A stretch of DNA of 64,000 bases from Eledone cirrhosa (GCA_964016885.1 OZ024740.1:232376001-232440000), one strand, 5' to 3'. Positions 41,037-55,858 are shown, counted from the first letter of the stretch. Made by a program: numbers and translations. Notes: generated by a model not told the origin, from the sequence alone.

Positions 41037-41533
41037 AGATAGACACATAAATAAACAATAAGAATGAAACACAAAAACAACCGATAGAGAAAGACAGAAT
41101 AGAAATATGAAGAAGAAGTGACGTATAACACGGATTTATATAAGGGATCATATATTTTGAAAAACAAACACACATTCTCATCTAGATGTATGTGTATATG
41201 TGCATGTGTGAGTATGCTAATAATAGTTTTGCCACAAGGCAGTAAATGACAAAACAGTGTTTTGATAGAACACATTCAGAGGACGAAGGTGTCTATTTAA
41301 ACCAGCTTCAACAAAGACATAGACGGTCTAGATATAATGATTACAGAGGCACAAACAAGGATCTTATTTTCTTATGCAACAAGGACCACACGCACACATG
41401 AAAACGAAAATGAAACAATTCTGCATCAGTTACATCGTGTGTCTTTGTATATATGTGAGTGTATGTTTAGCTATAAATGGATATATTTAGAAATGAAAAT
41501 ATATACATATATATATATAATAAAATAAAAAAT

Positions 41534-41611
<78 letters not shown>

Positions 41612-41736
41612 GTGTGTGTGTGTGTGCGTGCGTGTGTGTGTGTACGCGGACTCACGTGCACACTGACACTCACCCTTCATACGGGGATGTGAAAACTGAT
41701 AGCTTTTGCTTATGGATTTTGAACGTTCTTCTCTCT

Positions 41737-41792
<56 letters not shown>

Positions 41793-42889
41793 ATATATAT
41801 ATATATATATATGAAAAGATTCAGGACCCCGACGGTTGAGCTACAGCCGTTTCAGCAGCTAGATCCGAACTCATATATATATATGTGTGTGCGTATATAT
41901 AAATTATATTTATGAAATTAGGTTAAATTCACATATTCATCCGACAAATACGTGCGTTTCGCTGCGGGAATATTTCCATGGCTCGTCAGTCCGATTGGCG
42001 GGCCACGGTTGCTAATTTTGCATATTACAACTCGTTCCTCGGACTGAGTCTCTACCAGTTTTGGATATATTTCTTTGACGAAATTCTCTGCACAAAATAT
42101 ATTTGATTGTGTATGTGTATTTATTAGTGAAGTGGCTCACAGAAAAAACAAATACAGATGACAAGCGAAGAAAATCATCTATTTATCTCGTCAGTCACAC
42201 TCCTGGCATCAGTGGGGTATTGTATTTTTAGTGTCTTTTGTTTCCTAAGTATATTTTGTATTCGTATATATATGTTCTTTGCTGTTCTTGTCGAAAGGTT
42301 TTGTCATTTTAGTACCGTTGCTCTTGATTTCATTGTAATTTTGTTTTTCACTATATTTAATTTTCCTTCGTTTATTTCTATGCTGCTATATAGTACTATA
42401 CGTATTTTTCCAGTGACAATTCTTTGAAAACGTTGTGCATCCTGGAATTAAAAAAATCGATAACAGTCTTATGCATTAAATCATATTTTCAACGAGTAAC
42501 TGACGAAGAAAATTGTTTTGTTTTGTTTCTTTGGTGATGTGCAATGTCGTTAATATGTATTTTACATGTGACGTTACGAGTCCCATTGTTTTCATTTATA
42601 GTCTATTTATTTATACTGTTTATCATCATGACATCTCTATCTTTCCTCTCCCATTCTCCTCCTCATTATCTCTTGTTTTTCTTCTTTATGTTCTTTACTT
42701 TATCTCGTCTTTCTTTTCTTTGCTTCTTATTTCTGAGTCATGCTCTTCTACAGTCCCTATTTTTCAGCTGGCCCGTTTGTCATACATTTCCTCCTTGCTT
42801 TCGAACGAGGCAAGAACTATCACATAGCTCACTGTCTAACATTTGTATCTTTTCAAGAAAAAGCCCCTAATGTCTTCTCTCGATCCAGT

Positions 42890-43195
42890 GTACCTTGTGC
42901 CAGTAGTAGTGCTGGTACCACGAGAGAAGCACTGAGTCTACCCAGTAAAATGGTAGTGTCGGTGTGAGGATGAAATGTTCAGAGCACAAGCTGTAAAGTG
43001 ATTGACGTTAGGAAGGGCATCCAGCCGTGGAAAATATACGTCCAGTAATCGCTGTAAAAGAGTAGACGTTAGGAATGTCTTCCAGTCGTAGAAACCAAGC
43101 TAAAAAGGAAACGTACGAAGTGGACATGGCCACCTGTCTCAAAACTTTACAATCCATTTAACCTATGCAAACAGGAAATATAGACGTTAAACGGT
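42890..43195 (+). mobile_element. Degenerate RTE-tailed SINE/LINE 3' region
   Basis: gacgttaggaagggcatccagccgtggaaa; tail aacctatgcaaacaggaaatatagacgttaaa resembles the RTE tail at 55390-55435. Confidence 0.55.
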
Positions 43196-43960
43196 GAACA
43201 TGTTCTTTTGTATCAGAAGGCTGCGTGTTGCCTGTTGCCAATTTAGTAGTAATATCATTGGTTGTTGTGGGATACGAAGTTGTTGTTGAATAGTAATTTT
43301 GTTGTAAAACCTCAGGAGTAATAGCGATATGAGATTGACCAACAAGGAAAACTCAATTGCAAATCTTGATGTTTCTGTTCGTTTTATGGGTTGCGACGAT
43401 AAAATGTGCAAAATATAACCTAACCAGAATAGGTACAAGATTTGATATAACAGAGAGACTTTCGATAACAGCGATGGGTATGTATAACATCATTTTGTTG
43501 TGATACGTTAAATTTGTGATTGTATGCATGAATACACAAACGCTGGTTGAGATAAGTTATTGTTTTGTGCACATCTGAATTTCTGGTGCGTTGGCAGCAG
43601 TACCTTAATGAATAATGCGTGGTACAATCGGGTGTGTGTAGTCTATTCTTGTCAGGGACCAGCAGATTGAGAGAAAAGAACAAACTCAGTTGATTTTGCT
43701 TAAATAGCCTTGGGTTTCACGTTTATTTCCGGCTATGACATTATAGTTATTAAAAAAAGACGATATTATATATAAACTGCATTAGGAGAAAATTAGTGAC
43801 GGAAATATATGCGATTATAAGTGTTATAATATAACGGCCGCTAACCGGAAGTGTTGACATTTGACAATTTTAAAGAAGTGAATCTTTGAATAAGCTATAA
43901 AATACATTTAATCAACAGCCACGAAATTTAGTAGATAAATTATGTAATATTCATTCATTA

Positions 43961-44150
43961 TGGTGGATTGGCAGTATCGGTAGAGGGTCGGACGTCATGC
44001 TTTGACGCATAGAATTACGGCCCTTCCCACTCTGAGTTCAAATCCCGCCGAGGTCAACTTTGCCTTTCATCCTTACGGGGTCGATAAAATAAAGTACCAG
44101 TAATGTACTGGGTAATTGCTAGCCTTGTGCCAAAAGTAGAAACAATTATT
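43961..44150 (+). mobile_element. SINE family 1
   Basis: Full head, core and tail. Confidence 0.92.
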
Positions 44151-44434
44151 TATTCAAAGTAATCCAAATTGTTTTACAAACGGGGTAAAAAAATATATTC
44201 TGGATGCAGTCCCGCACTCCTTTCTTTATTATAGTTAAGATTTTGGTAGTCACCGTTTCATATCCACTGATGTAACCATAAGAATTTCGCAACACACACA
44301 TACACACACACACAGCGACACATACACATACACACACACACACGTACATACGCACACACATATACCCACAAACACTCACACACACAAACACACATACGCA
44401 CACGCGCACATACGCACACACACACATATATATA

Positions 44435-44608
44435 CTAGACCACCCGTGACCCGTTGGGTCACATTCGCTTCAAAATATTTTTTTAAAAATCATGTTCACA
44501 TAAAAACAATTTTTAAATAATTAAAATATACAGACATGTAAATAATGTGAAATGAAACTGGAAGGCCCATATATATAGGTGTGTATGTGTATATATAAAT
44601 GTGTGTGT

Positions 44609-44688
<80 letters not shown>

Positions 44689-45055
44689 ATGTATATATGT
44701 GGGTGTCTGTGATCTATATATACTGGTTATAGACACACATACACACACACTCATATATATACACAACAACCCCACCAGTCCTCTCTCTCTCTCTCTCTCT
44801 TCCATTCTCCTTTACTCTCTCACAACCACTATCTCTTTCTCTCTATCCTTCTCTCTCTCTCTGTTTATGAAGGTACCCAGAAAACCCCATATTTCGGGAA
44901 CGCATGCTTCGATTTACGCGAAACTTGTTTTATACCGTTTGTATTCCCATGCAGGGGAAACTTCCTTTCAAAGTATTTTCGCATTATGCACCCTCTGTAC
45001 TACATTACAGACAAGCAAGCACGCAATAATTGACTTTTATTAATATATAAATAGA
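44435..45055 (-). mobile_element. Non-autonomous Helitron, complete
   Basis: Minus strand A|TC...hairpin gtgaccc-aac-gggtcac...CTAG|T; internal microsatellites. Confidence 0.8.
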
Positions 45056-45607
45056 TATACACGCGCGCACTCACACACCCATTTAGATACATAAACGATC
45101 TATTTTCAAAACCTTTGAGCCTATATGTATTTTGTTAAAATTAACCTAAAATGTGACGCTTCAAAGAAATGTGAAATTGTAGATTCAGAAGTTGGACAAC
45201 GTCACCAATGTACCTTAAACTCATACCTGTCTCATACTTGTCGATTTCCACCAGTGCGAGGCTTTCAAATTTTTCTGAAGAATACTCAGCTACTTAGACG
45301 ATAATTTCATTTACAGGTTGTTCCGATTTTCGAACGGCTGGATCAATCATCCATTCATCTTCGCAACCGATTGAGATCAATTCCATATATAGGAAGGTTA
45401 TAAATGATAGTACATATGTATGTTGCTATGTTTGTAGGTGTACATGTATGATCGTAAATCCATGAGCTTGATTCTTAGACTGAGCAGTGTGTTGTGTTTC
45501 TTGAGCAAGACACGTTAATTCACGGACCCCAGCCTACCCAGCCACGTACACGATGAGTTACAGTCATACTGTGTCGCCCTTTTAATTTTTCTTAGATAAT
45601 ATAAATA

Positions 45608-45783
<176 letters not shown>

Positions 45784-46142
45784 ATATATATATATATATA
45801 TAAGAGCTAACAGAGGCTGTGTAGTTGGTGGATAAGGTGTATTTATAAATAAGGGAAATGCACGAACGGGGGGATGATTTTCCTTCATCAGTTGTCTGCT
45901 GGTGATCATGGATATTTGAATTTTCCTCAGATAATATAAATATATATATATATATATATATATGTTGACTGCCAACTCGTTTTCGAGTACGGCCACTACT
46001 TTATATCCATGTAGGAGAACCCCCACCGATGGGCTGAACGAGTGTGACTTTTTAGTCCAGCCAGCGAGCGACTTGAAAACTCTGGTACAAACACTACACT
46101 TGTGACAATTATTGACACATAGTGCTGGGCCCATATATATAT

Positions 46143-46217
<75 letters not shown>

Positions 46218-46239
46218 AGTGTGTATATATATATGTATA

Positions 46240-46276
<37 letters not shown>

Positions 46277-46278
<2 letters not shown>

Positions 46279-46400
46279 GTTATTCCGGGTTGAATCGGAG
46301 GTAACCACAGTAAGTAAGGTACTCAATACATAGCAGAGATTCCTGATGATTTCTAATGAATGAAACAGTTCTAGTCCTGTAGAATCTCATTTATATTAAA
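46277..46400. mobile_element. HHR-like module (same family as 35558-35752)
   Basis: ggtaaccacagtaagtaaggtactcaa joined to CTGATGA t ttc-taat-gaa t GAAAC agttcta GTC. Confidence 0.7.
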
Positions 46401-46405
46401 ACTTT

Positions 46406-46436
<31 letters not shown>

Positions 46437-46587
46437 CACACACACATACATACATGTGTGTGTGTTTCTGTATGTTTGTACAGCGGAAGTCTCAGATAAT
46501 ATTATCATACGGTTATTGTTATCAAGAAGATTTCATCCCAAAATGAAAATGATAAGCTGCCTCAACTCAAATATATAAATATTAAAG

Positions 46588-46676
<89 letters not shown>

Positions 46677-47095
46677 CACATAAACACACACACACACATA
46701 CACACACCTGAACGGAAACGACTGGCTCTGTTACATTTGGAAATCAGTAGTGTTCTCTTGAGAAGTAAAGAAATTAAAGCGTCAAGCCTAAATCATTCTG
46801 TCGTCAGGGCAAGCGCCAACCCCGTTCTTAAAAGGTAAAACTAAATTGCTCACTGAGTTGACCCGTGACTAACACCACCCATGAGGGCATGTCTACTAAT
46901 CAACTTAGCTCGTGCTTTTCCACTCGTGAACAACTTAAAACGAAATTAATATCGATGGCACATGATAATCATCAACGACATCATTGCCAATAATGAGAAA
47001 ATTAACGGGCTAATTAAAGTAAACCGGATCTTTATTTAGATTTTAGTAACTCTTTCACTGACATCTACGTGAAACTAGTATTTAGAAATACATAC

Positions 47096-47271
<176 letters not shown>

Positions 47272-47281
47272 TATATATATA

Positions 47282-49249
47282 TCCTAAACGGACGGTAGTC
47301 CGTTTAGTAATAATGTTGTGGTCGTGTTTTCGTTGGCAATCGTCTGTTTACGACAGTACAGCGCGGCTCTACTTTATTTAACTGAGATAAAACTTATATG
47401 AGCATGAACAGTAGATCATTACGCATCTTTTGGCTTAAAAATCTAGAAATTTGGTCCAGCGGGAAAAAGTTTATAATCAAAGTTTGCTGATAAATCTTGT
47501 GTTCAAGTGAGTGAGTAGTAAGCGTGACGCTAGGGGAGGTAATTACGAGGTAATTACAAGGGGAGGTAATCTAATATATTTCAAATTGTATTTTTAACTA
47601 AATTCATTTATCATAGTCTAATATTTTAAAAATAGGTGAGTGCTCCACGATGATGACCCATGTCCCCGCCATGTGGAGGGGATGCTTAGGAGCCATTCAG
47701 ATATCATGTGACCATTTTTGGTTCGCGGTGTCCACATGATATCTGGATGTATGAGCAACTAAGAGGTGATCAATAGAAATAGAATTATTTTTTGAAGTTT
47801 TCATGCACAGCACTTTTTGGGATTTTAAATAAAAGTTAATATCATAATTCTTATTTTGTATACCCACATTGCAGAAACAGAGAAACATGACAATCCTATA
47901 TAAAGGTCGTAGACAGCAGTATCAGTTTTTATCCGTAACACCATTGAAATGCACAAGTTTCACCAATTCACTATTATGCACTAATCATCTCAAATGCATT
48001 CATGATTTACTAGCTTTGTCATTAAGCCAGTTGCCTCAACTAGATTGCAATTATACTCAAAAGAACTTTAAAATGTCAATCACTTGTCAGTAATTCACTA
48101 TGATCTTTTAATTATTAGATAGTTGTTGCTTGCATTGCCTTAAAAAATAGTAGACCAGATAGAAAAATGCGTACAGCAAAAAAAAGTAATATTGTTGGAA
48201 TATAAACCTTTAAAAATACAGGACAAGAAACTAAAATACAACTTTAAAAGAATAGGACAAGAAACTAAAATAAAACTTTAAAGAATTGGACAAGAAATAA
48301 AAAAATTTACAATAATATTAGTGGCAACATTTTTTTATTCGTTTCCTGTGCTATGCCTCCGTATCTTCTTGATTAGTGCATACTAATTGTCATGCTCTCA
48401 TTGTGCGTTGCCCCTGAGCGGTTGGTTCTGGTTGGGGTTGGTTGGCTGAGAAGTTCTGCTCCGTCAGAATGACCAGTGCAAGAAGAATTGGCCGATGCAG
48501 CTGTAGGTCTCCTCCAAGAATGCACTTCTGGTCCCGCAACACCAGACGAAGATGGAGAAGACGACCGGGACAAGATGTCGACTCTGATCACCGACTACGG
48601 AACCTCCCTTAACCACCGGTCCTCCCTCCCTCTGTCCCGTCATCCCCCCAGTCCTCCTGCTTCCCCTTCCTGTGCCAGAAAGCTGTGGCACGCATTCATC
48701 TGGACTGCCGGACTTGAACTCAAGGACAAGATGCAAGGAGAAGATGGACGGGTTGGTGAAGATCAAGGATGAGCGGGACGACAAGACCGTCCGCTGCTGC
48801 TCAAGATCTGTGCTCATGGGGCCATGGGTCCATTCACATTATGCATGACACATGAGGCGTGTCGCCGAATGTTGAAAGAGGGGTATGGTTATGGCCCAAT
48901 TGGTGTTCAAACCAGGATCAAATGATCCCCCCCGGTCTGACGACGACCTCTGAATGTGGAACCCAGAGCCTATGAATGTGGAACTCGATTTTTTACCAAT
49001 AAAAATGTTGCCACTAATATTATTATAAATTTTTTTTATTTCTTGTCCAATTCTTTAAAGTTTTATCTTAGTTTCTTGTCCTATTCTTTTAAAGTTTTAT
49101 CTTAGTTTCTTGTCCTATTCTTTTAAAGTTTTATCTTAGTTTCTTGTCCTATTCTTTTAAAGTTTTATTTTAGTTTCTTGTCCTGTATTTTTAAAGGTTT
49201 ATATTCCAACAATATTACTTTTTTTTGCTGTACGCATTTTTCTATCTGG
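47282..49249 (+). mobile_element. Helitron-like element copy 2 (2.0 kb) with 5' hairpin and 3' IR cassette (arms 48154-48334 / 49001-49250)
   Basis: A|TCctaaacggac-ggta-gtccgtttag ... ttttctatCTGG|T; homologous to 31462-35078. Confidence 0.75.
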
Positions 49250-49262
49250 TATATATATATAT

Positions 49263-49919
49263 ATATGCTCGGTATGGTGAACTAACTGTTGTGTAACCAC
49301 TTCTATATATATATATGTATATATGTATGTATATATATATATGTATATATTAGAAAGTGAAGTTTTTTTTACAAAATGAAAAATAACCGAGGTGTCCTAC
49401 ACGAGTGAAAGTATAAAGAAAAAGAGATGAAATCGAAAATGCAACTGAAGTCTGTAATAAAAACATGTTCACGTGACAGCCAAATTTCATTTATAACCAA
49501 CCAAAAAAAAAGCCTTCGTGAGCCTCCTTTTTTCAAGTAAAAAGAAATTCAAACACTCATATATGAAAAAACAACCTGTGACAACCCCCCCCCCCCCTCT
49601 TATTTGAAGAACTATTGTAATGCGAACTGGCGCGAAATTTATTATAATTATTGACAAACCAATCAAATTACTTCTCGAAAAACCTGGAATTTCGAGCCAC
49701 TTTTTCCATATAAAACAAGTAACATTCAGAGACCAACCAGATGTGAGAAAAACCACAGACCCTCCATCTCAACTCACCTTTTGAAAAGCAGAAGAACTGC
49801 GAAACCGGTAAAGGAACCAAATAAATATATATATTAAGGAACCAAATAAATATATATATTTAAAAAAAAAATAAGACTTCAGTTGCATTTTCGATTTCAT
49901 CTCTTTTTCTTTATATATG

Positions 49920-49974
<55 letters not shown>

Positions 49975-50146
49975 GTATATATTTATATATATATATATGT
50001 ATATATATATGTATATATATATTTATATATATGTATATATATATATATATATAAATATATATATACATATATATATACATATATATATATACATACATAT
50101 ATATAGAAGTGGTTACACAACAGTTAGTTCACCATACTGAGCATAT
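49263..50146. mobile_element. Nested inverted-repeat module containing an HHR variant
   Basis: 49263-49305 pairs with 50101-50146, and 49411-49453 with 49874-49915; HHR at 49777-49814. Confidence 0.7.
49777..49814 (+). ncRNA. Minimal type I hammerhead ribozyme with U3-A8 core variant
   Basis: cctt TTGAAAA gcag-aagaa-ctgc GAAAC cg GTA aagg. Confidence 0.7.
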
Positions 50147-50148
50147 AT

Positions 50149-50307
<159 letters not shown>

Positions 50308-50323
50308 GATATATATTATATAT

Positions 50324-50378
<55 letters not shown>

Positions 50379-50380
<2 letters not shown>

Positions 50381-50475
50381 CGTGGCTGAGTGGTTAGAGA
50401 ATTGGATTCGAAACGGTGAGGCTGTGAGTTCGATTCCGAACAGGGCGAGACACTTTATTTCACGTTGATCCTTCT
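50379..50475 (+). mobile_element. tRNA-derived SINE family 2 head (degenerate relative at ~45440-45570)
   Basis: gcgtggctgagtggttag (A box), gagttcgattcc (B box), then agacactttatttcacgttg. Confidence 0.7.
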
Positions 50476-50883
50476 ACCTGGAGTTGCGACCGATAGATAG
50501 TATTAGCAATTGGAAAGAGCTATGGACACATCGTTTCCTCGGTCCGATTCGACGAAAGTCGATAGACTGTCTATATATATATATATACGTAAATTACACC
50601 AGCCTGTCTTAGCGTTTATTCGTATATGCTTTGGGGAGAAGAATTCCGAACTTTTATACCAATTCTTTCGTCGGGATTGAATACTGTTTTTATTTGTTTT
50701 ATAAGTAAAATAAAAATTACTTCCTGCAAATGCGTTGAAGGGAAAGCGTAGGGAATTGAAAGGCAGGGAGTTTGGTGGAAGATGAGATTGGGTGTTATAA
50801 TTACTGCTAAAAATCGTTCTTACTATTACTAGATTTCGTTGTTTCTTTTGTTGTTAATGTTGACGTATTTGTACCTTTAAGAA

Positions 50884-51403
50884 CATGGTGGGCCAGAATT
50901 CATGACTCACTTGTTAGTTATATTTCTTAACATGCCTATTTTATGGTTACTGTATTGCTTTAATTTATTATTCTATTTCTTTTCCCTGATCGTTGGATTA
51001 GGAGGCGAGTGCCTGTGGAGTGGCCGGTTCGTCCACCTGATTTAACTCCACCAGTCTTTTTTTGTGGGGATATTCAGAAGATTACCAGTCTTGAACATCT
51101 TAAACAAGTTATTATCCAAGAATATAAAGCAATCCCGGTAGATATGTGTCGTAAAGCATGTCAAAATGTTTCAATAAGGTTGCAAGCCTGTGTTGCAACT
51201 GAAGGAGGCCAGGTTAACCACGAAATGGAAAACCGATTTAACTAAGCAGCGCATTGATTAAATGTGTGTATTTGTGTGCTTACCGTATCTTGTTCATGAT
51301 CTTATGCCTGTGTATGGTATTATATTCCTTAACTTGTTTTATAACATTTTGTGTTAATAGATCTATAAATAATCAAGTGAGTTCTGAATTCTGGCCCACC
51401 CTG
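50884..51403 (+). mobile_element. Internally deleted Tc1/mariner element with ~30-bp TIRs
   Basis: ca.ggtgggccagaattca..actcacttg / caagtgagttctgaattctggcccaccctg|ta; peptide EWPVRPPDLTPPVFF...LEHLKQVI...RLQACVATEGGQ. Confidence 0.88.
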
Positions 51404-52562
51404 TACATAGGCAGAGCTGTCACCTAAGTTCTCCGTGAGGCCAGACCACGTTTTTGGTTGAGATGATGGCATGTCCAAATTATTATCCTTTGTATGGTTT
51501 GGTACATACCATCTTCAATGAATATTCCTGCTACACTTCAATAGATGAGGAAATTACTATGTGGATCTATGTTGTGTTTCAAATGAAGTTAGAGTCAGGG
51601 CAATTGATTGGTATGGACGTCAGCCCTACCCCTGTGATTGTGCTGTTGTCGGAAAGAGAATTCGTTGTATTTCCAGTAACCATATGGTCAGAAGATTTTC
51701 TGAGGGTCAGTAAAAGAGCCAGAGATATATGATCTATCCTTCTTTTCTTTCAGTTACCAGTTTTTGCTCAGGGGAGGCGTTACCTGATGAAAATGCATTT
51801 GGTGAATTGTTTTTTCTTGATCTTCCCTGGTTCGATAAGTCAAACTGCTCCTCTTCATTGTTTTAAACTAAACAAAACCAATCAATGGATACTTACTTTT
51901 GGTTCTCTCGTTCAAGTGAAAAAGAAATTAATATATAAATGTGAAAAAAAAAATGAAATTTAATAAATAAGTATTTCAAATAAACCAAATAAACAAGAGA
52001 GAAACATACATCCGCTTCCACTTAATGCTAACTTGGAATGTTAAAGCCTAATGCCAATCAAAGTTAAATTCTGCATGACATCTTGACAGGGGAGTTGATG
52101 GCCATTAACAGATATGTTTAGTAGGGGAAATATGATACAATAAACAACATCCTGACGAATATGTAAATGCAAATACTCAACAGGTTAGAAAGAAAATATT
52201 AGAAAGGAATAAATAGATATACGGACAATTAAAGTGATATGTGCCAACATCAACAATAAATAAGTGAAAAATTAACATGAGAATAAATGGACAATTAAAC
52301 TGTTTATGTACCACAAGCAAAACTATATAAGCTGTAGCTTATTCTTGCTTCACCACCGAATAAGTAAACGTTACTGAAGATGGATAATTACCCTAAATCA
52401 TTAGTGTCTTGTCCACTTATACGTCTACTAGGCACGCTGCAACATAATCACAGCTTAAAACATCCATAACAAGATGTATCTATGTTTTTAGATACAACAT
52501 TATGGAATATGCATTGAAATACTGTGAGTTGTAGTACCGATACGTGTACATATATATATACG

Positions 52563-52618
<56 letters not shown>

Positions 52619-52624
52619 TATCTA

Positions 52625-52680
<56 letters not shown>

Positions 52681-52710
52681 AATATATATATATATATATA
52701 TGTGTGTGTG

Positions 52711-55438
52711 AATCAATAAGACAATAGAGGAAGTTCGAGTTAATAATCATATAATTAAGCTTAGATTAGTTGTAGGCAGGAGACTACTGATATTCATCTC
52801 GGCCTATGCTCCCCAAGCAGGCCTAGGCAAAGAAAAGAAAGACTGCTTTTACGAGCAACTTTTACAAACAACCGCAATGACAGAGGACGGAGACATCGTT
52901 ATGCTAGCAGGCGACTTCAATGGTGATGTTGGACAGATCCAGGATGGTTACACTGGGGTATATGGTGGGCGCGGTTACGGCTCAAGAAATGAAGAAGGAG
53001 TGAGACTTCTTGAATTTTGTAATGCAAGTACACTGTCTATGTGCAACACTAACTTCCAGAAACCTGCCAACCACCTAATAACCTACAAATCAGGCGAGCA
53101 CATAAGCCAGATTGACTTCTTACTAGTTAGGCAGCGGGACAGGCAGATGGTGTCAAATACCATACCATGGTATGGAAGCTAAAAGACCTTTCACTAAAAT
53201 ACAAATTTAGGAAAGCCCTCCAAGATGTGTATGACGAAAAAGAAGATGATTTAGAGACGTATGACATAGATAATAACTGGAATTTCTTACGTGACAACTT
53301 ACTACAGGCTACTGATGAAACTTGTGGCTGGAGCAGAGCTCCAACCAGACAGAGAGTGACCTGGTGGTGGAACAGCACAGTAGATAAGGCCATTAGAGAC
53401 AAAAGACTAGCATGGAAGGCTTGGAAAAAGGGTGGGAGTAGAGAAGGATATACAGCCGCTAAGAGAGAAGCTAGACATCAGGTGTACTTAGCACGCAGGG
53501 AGGCTGAGAGTAGGAGGTTTGCCAATGTTCTGCGACGGGAAGATCAGAGGCGTGCAGTGTTCCACATTGCAAGGTAGTGTGTCAACGCAAATCAGGATGT
53601 TGTTGGAGATAAATGTGTCCGGAATGATGCCGGTGTACTTAGTGTCCCGAATGATCAGAAAAAGGAGGCCTGGAAATATCATTATGAGAGACTGATGAAT
53701 GTGGAGAACGAATGGGAAAGAGAGAAATTACCTTCAGTAGATCCGATAGAGGGACCAGCTATTGAGATTGACGAATATAGGGTCCAAGAGGCGATTAAGG
53801 AAATGAAAAATGGTAAGGCTGCTGGACCCGTCGGGGATAGTTGCTGAGATGCTGAAGGCATCAGGGGACGTAGGCACTAAACTGGTTGCACGCATCATCA
53901 ATCAAGCTATATATGGTGGTGTCATACCCAAAGACTGGTGCAGCTGTATTCTCATAAATTGCTACAAAGGTAAAGGGGGTGCTCTGGAGAGGAGCAATTA
54001 TAGGGGTATAACACTGATGGATCAGGTTATGAAAGTGGCAGAAAGGATATTAGTGCAAATAATTAAAGAAAGGGTCAAACTAGATGAGATGCAGTTTGAT
54101 TATGTGCCTGGGAAAAGTACAACAGATGCCCTCTTCTTGGTGAGACAATTACAAGAGAGGTTCTTAGAGAAGAATAAGCGCTGTATTTAGCCTTTGTTGA
54201 CCTAGAGAAGGCCTTTGATAGGGTACCCCGATCTGTCATCTGGTGGTTCCTAAGGAAACTAGGTGTTGAGGAATGGCTTGTAAGGACAGCACAAACTGTG
54301 TACAGAGGTGCTGTCAGTAAAGTCAGGGTTGGAATGGAGTTTAGTGAGGAATTCCAGATACAAGTAGGAGTACATCAAGGTTCGGTCCTCAGCCCGCGCT
54401 TGTTCATTATAGCCCTCCAAGCCATAACAGAGGAGTTTAAGATTGGCTGTCCATGGGAACTTTTCTTTGCTGACGATCTGATTTTTATAGCAGAATCAGT
54501 AGAGGAGCGAGAGAATAAATTCTGGCTATGGAAACAACAGTTGGAAGCAAGAGGACTGAGAGTGAACCTAGCTAAGACAAAAGTGTTGATGAGAAGAAAA
54601 GAGGACAAAACTCTGATTCCGTCAGGGAAATGGCCATGTTTGATATGCAGAAAAGGAACTGGCATAAATTCTATAAAATGCACACAATGCAAATCCTAGG
54701 TACACAAAAGATGTAGTGGGATAGCAAGCAAACTAATAGGTAGGGAGAAATACGTATGCAGTAGATGTACAGGGAAATTAGACAGTAGAAGTCGCATTGA
54801 TAGACACATTTTTCAAATGCAGGCGGGTGCTATAGACGTGGTTGATAGCTTCAGGTACCTAGGAGATCAGATTAGCATGGGAGGGGGGTGTTGCGAGGCC
54901 ATAGTATCTAGAATAAGATCAGGTTTGAAGAAGTTTAGGGAGCTGCTTCCTCCGCTGACGAAGAAGGGTTTCTCCCTGCGTACGAAAGGCCGGTTATATG
55001 ATGCCTGTGTGAGGAGCGCGATGTTGCGTGGTAGTGAGACATGGGCAGCAACTGCAGAAGATATGCGACGGCTGGAGAGAAATGAGGCAAGCATGCTCCG
55101 TTGGATGTGCAATGTCAATGTGCATGAATGTGTTAAGAGAAACTGTGTCTGAGAGGGATAGAATGTAGTGTGCGAGAGAGGATACTGAGGTGGTATGGAC
55201 ATGTGATGTGCATGGAGAATGACCGATGGGTGAGAGAAGTGTCAGGAAATGCCAGTTGAAGGAAGACGTGGTAGAGGTAGACCACGAAAAACATGGGCGG
55301 AGGTGGTGAGAACAGACCTCAGATCGCTGAAACTCGCGGTGGAGATGACGAAGGACCGTGACAAGTGGAGAGATGCTGTGCTGAATAAGACCCGTCCCAC
55401 CCTTGCAAGCAGGGAATAGCGGACGTAAAATAATGATT
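52711..55438 (+). mobile_element. RTE-clade LINE, 5'-truncated and frameshifted (APE endonuclease + RT)
   Basis: SAYAPQ, AGDFNG, SQIDFLL, NYRGITL, AFVDLEKAFDRVPR, GVHQGSVLSP, FADDL, FRYLG, GRGRPRKTW; taatgat tail. Confidence 0.95.
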
Positions 55439-55816
55439 ATATATATATATATATATATATACAGACATATATAGAGACTAAAATAAAATTGTTTCAGTCA
55501 TATTAGACCTTAAATAGCTCAATACAATTACAGGCTAAAAACTATATTATATAGAGCTAATGTATACACATATTAAGGTGTAAAAATGAATGTACATGCA
55601 TAAATACATATTTATCGTGTGTGCGTGTGTATGTGTGTGTGTGTGTATCGTTGTAATATGTATATTTTCAAGTTGCTATAGTATAGGCATTCATGGTGAT
55701 TTCATACAAATAAAACAGTTCTAGTCCTGTCCTGCAGAAGTATTTTATATATAAATATATATATAAATCAAGATGGATTCAGTTTGAAATTGTTTCCACC
55801 ATTACTCAACAGAGTA

Positions 55817-55855
<39 letters not shown>

Positions 55856-55858
<3 letters not shown>

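Noticed and set aside
42500-42535. ctgacga followed by an agaaa/tttct hairpin
   Set aside because: Not followed by GAAA or a cleavage triplet
49620-49725. Possible decayed GIY-YIG C-terminus upstream of the U3-A8 ribozyme
   Set aside because: Only vague peptide resemblance requiring frameshifts; cannot be supported by eye
50379-50460. tRNA gene
   Set aside because: A/B boxes present but no cloverleaf; continues into SINE body
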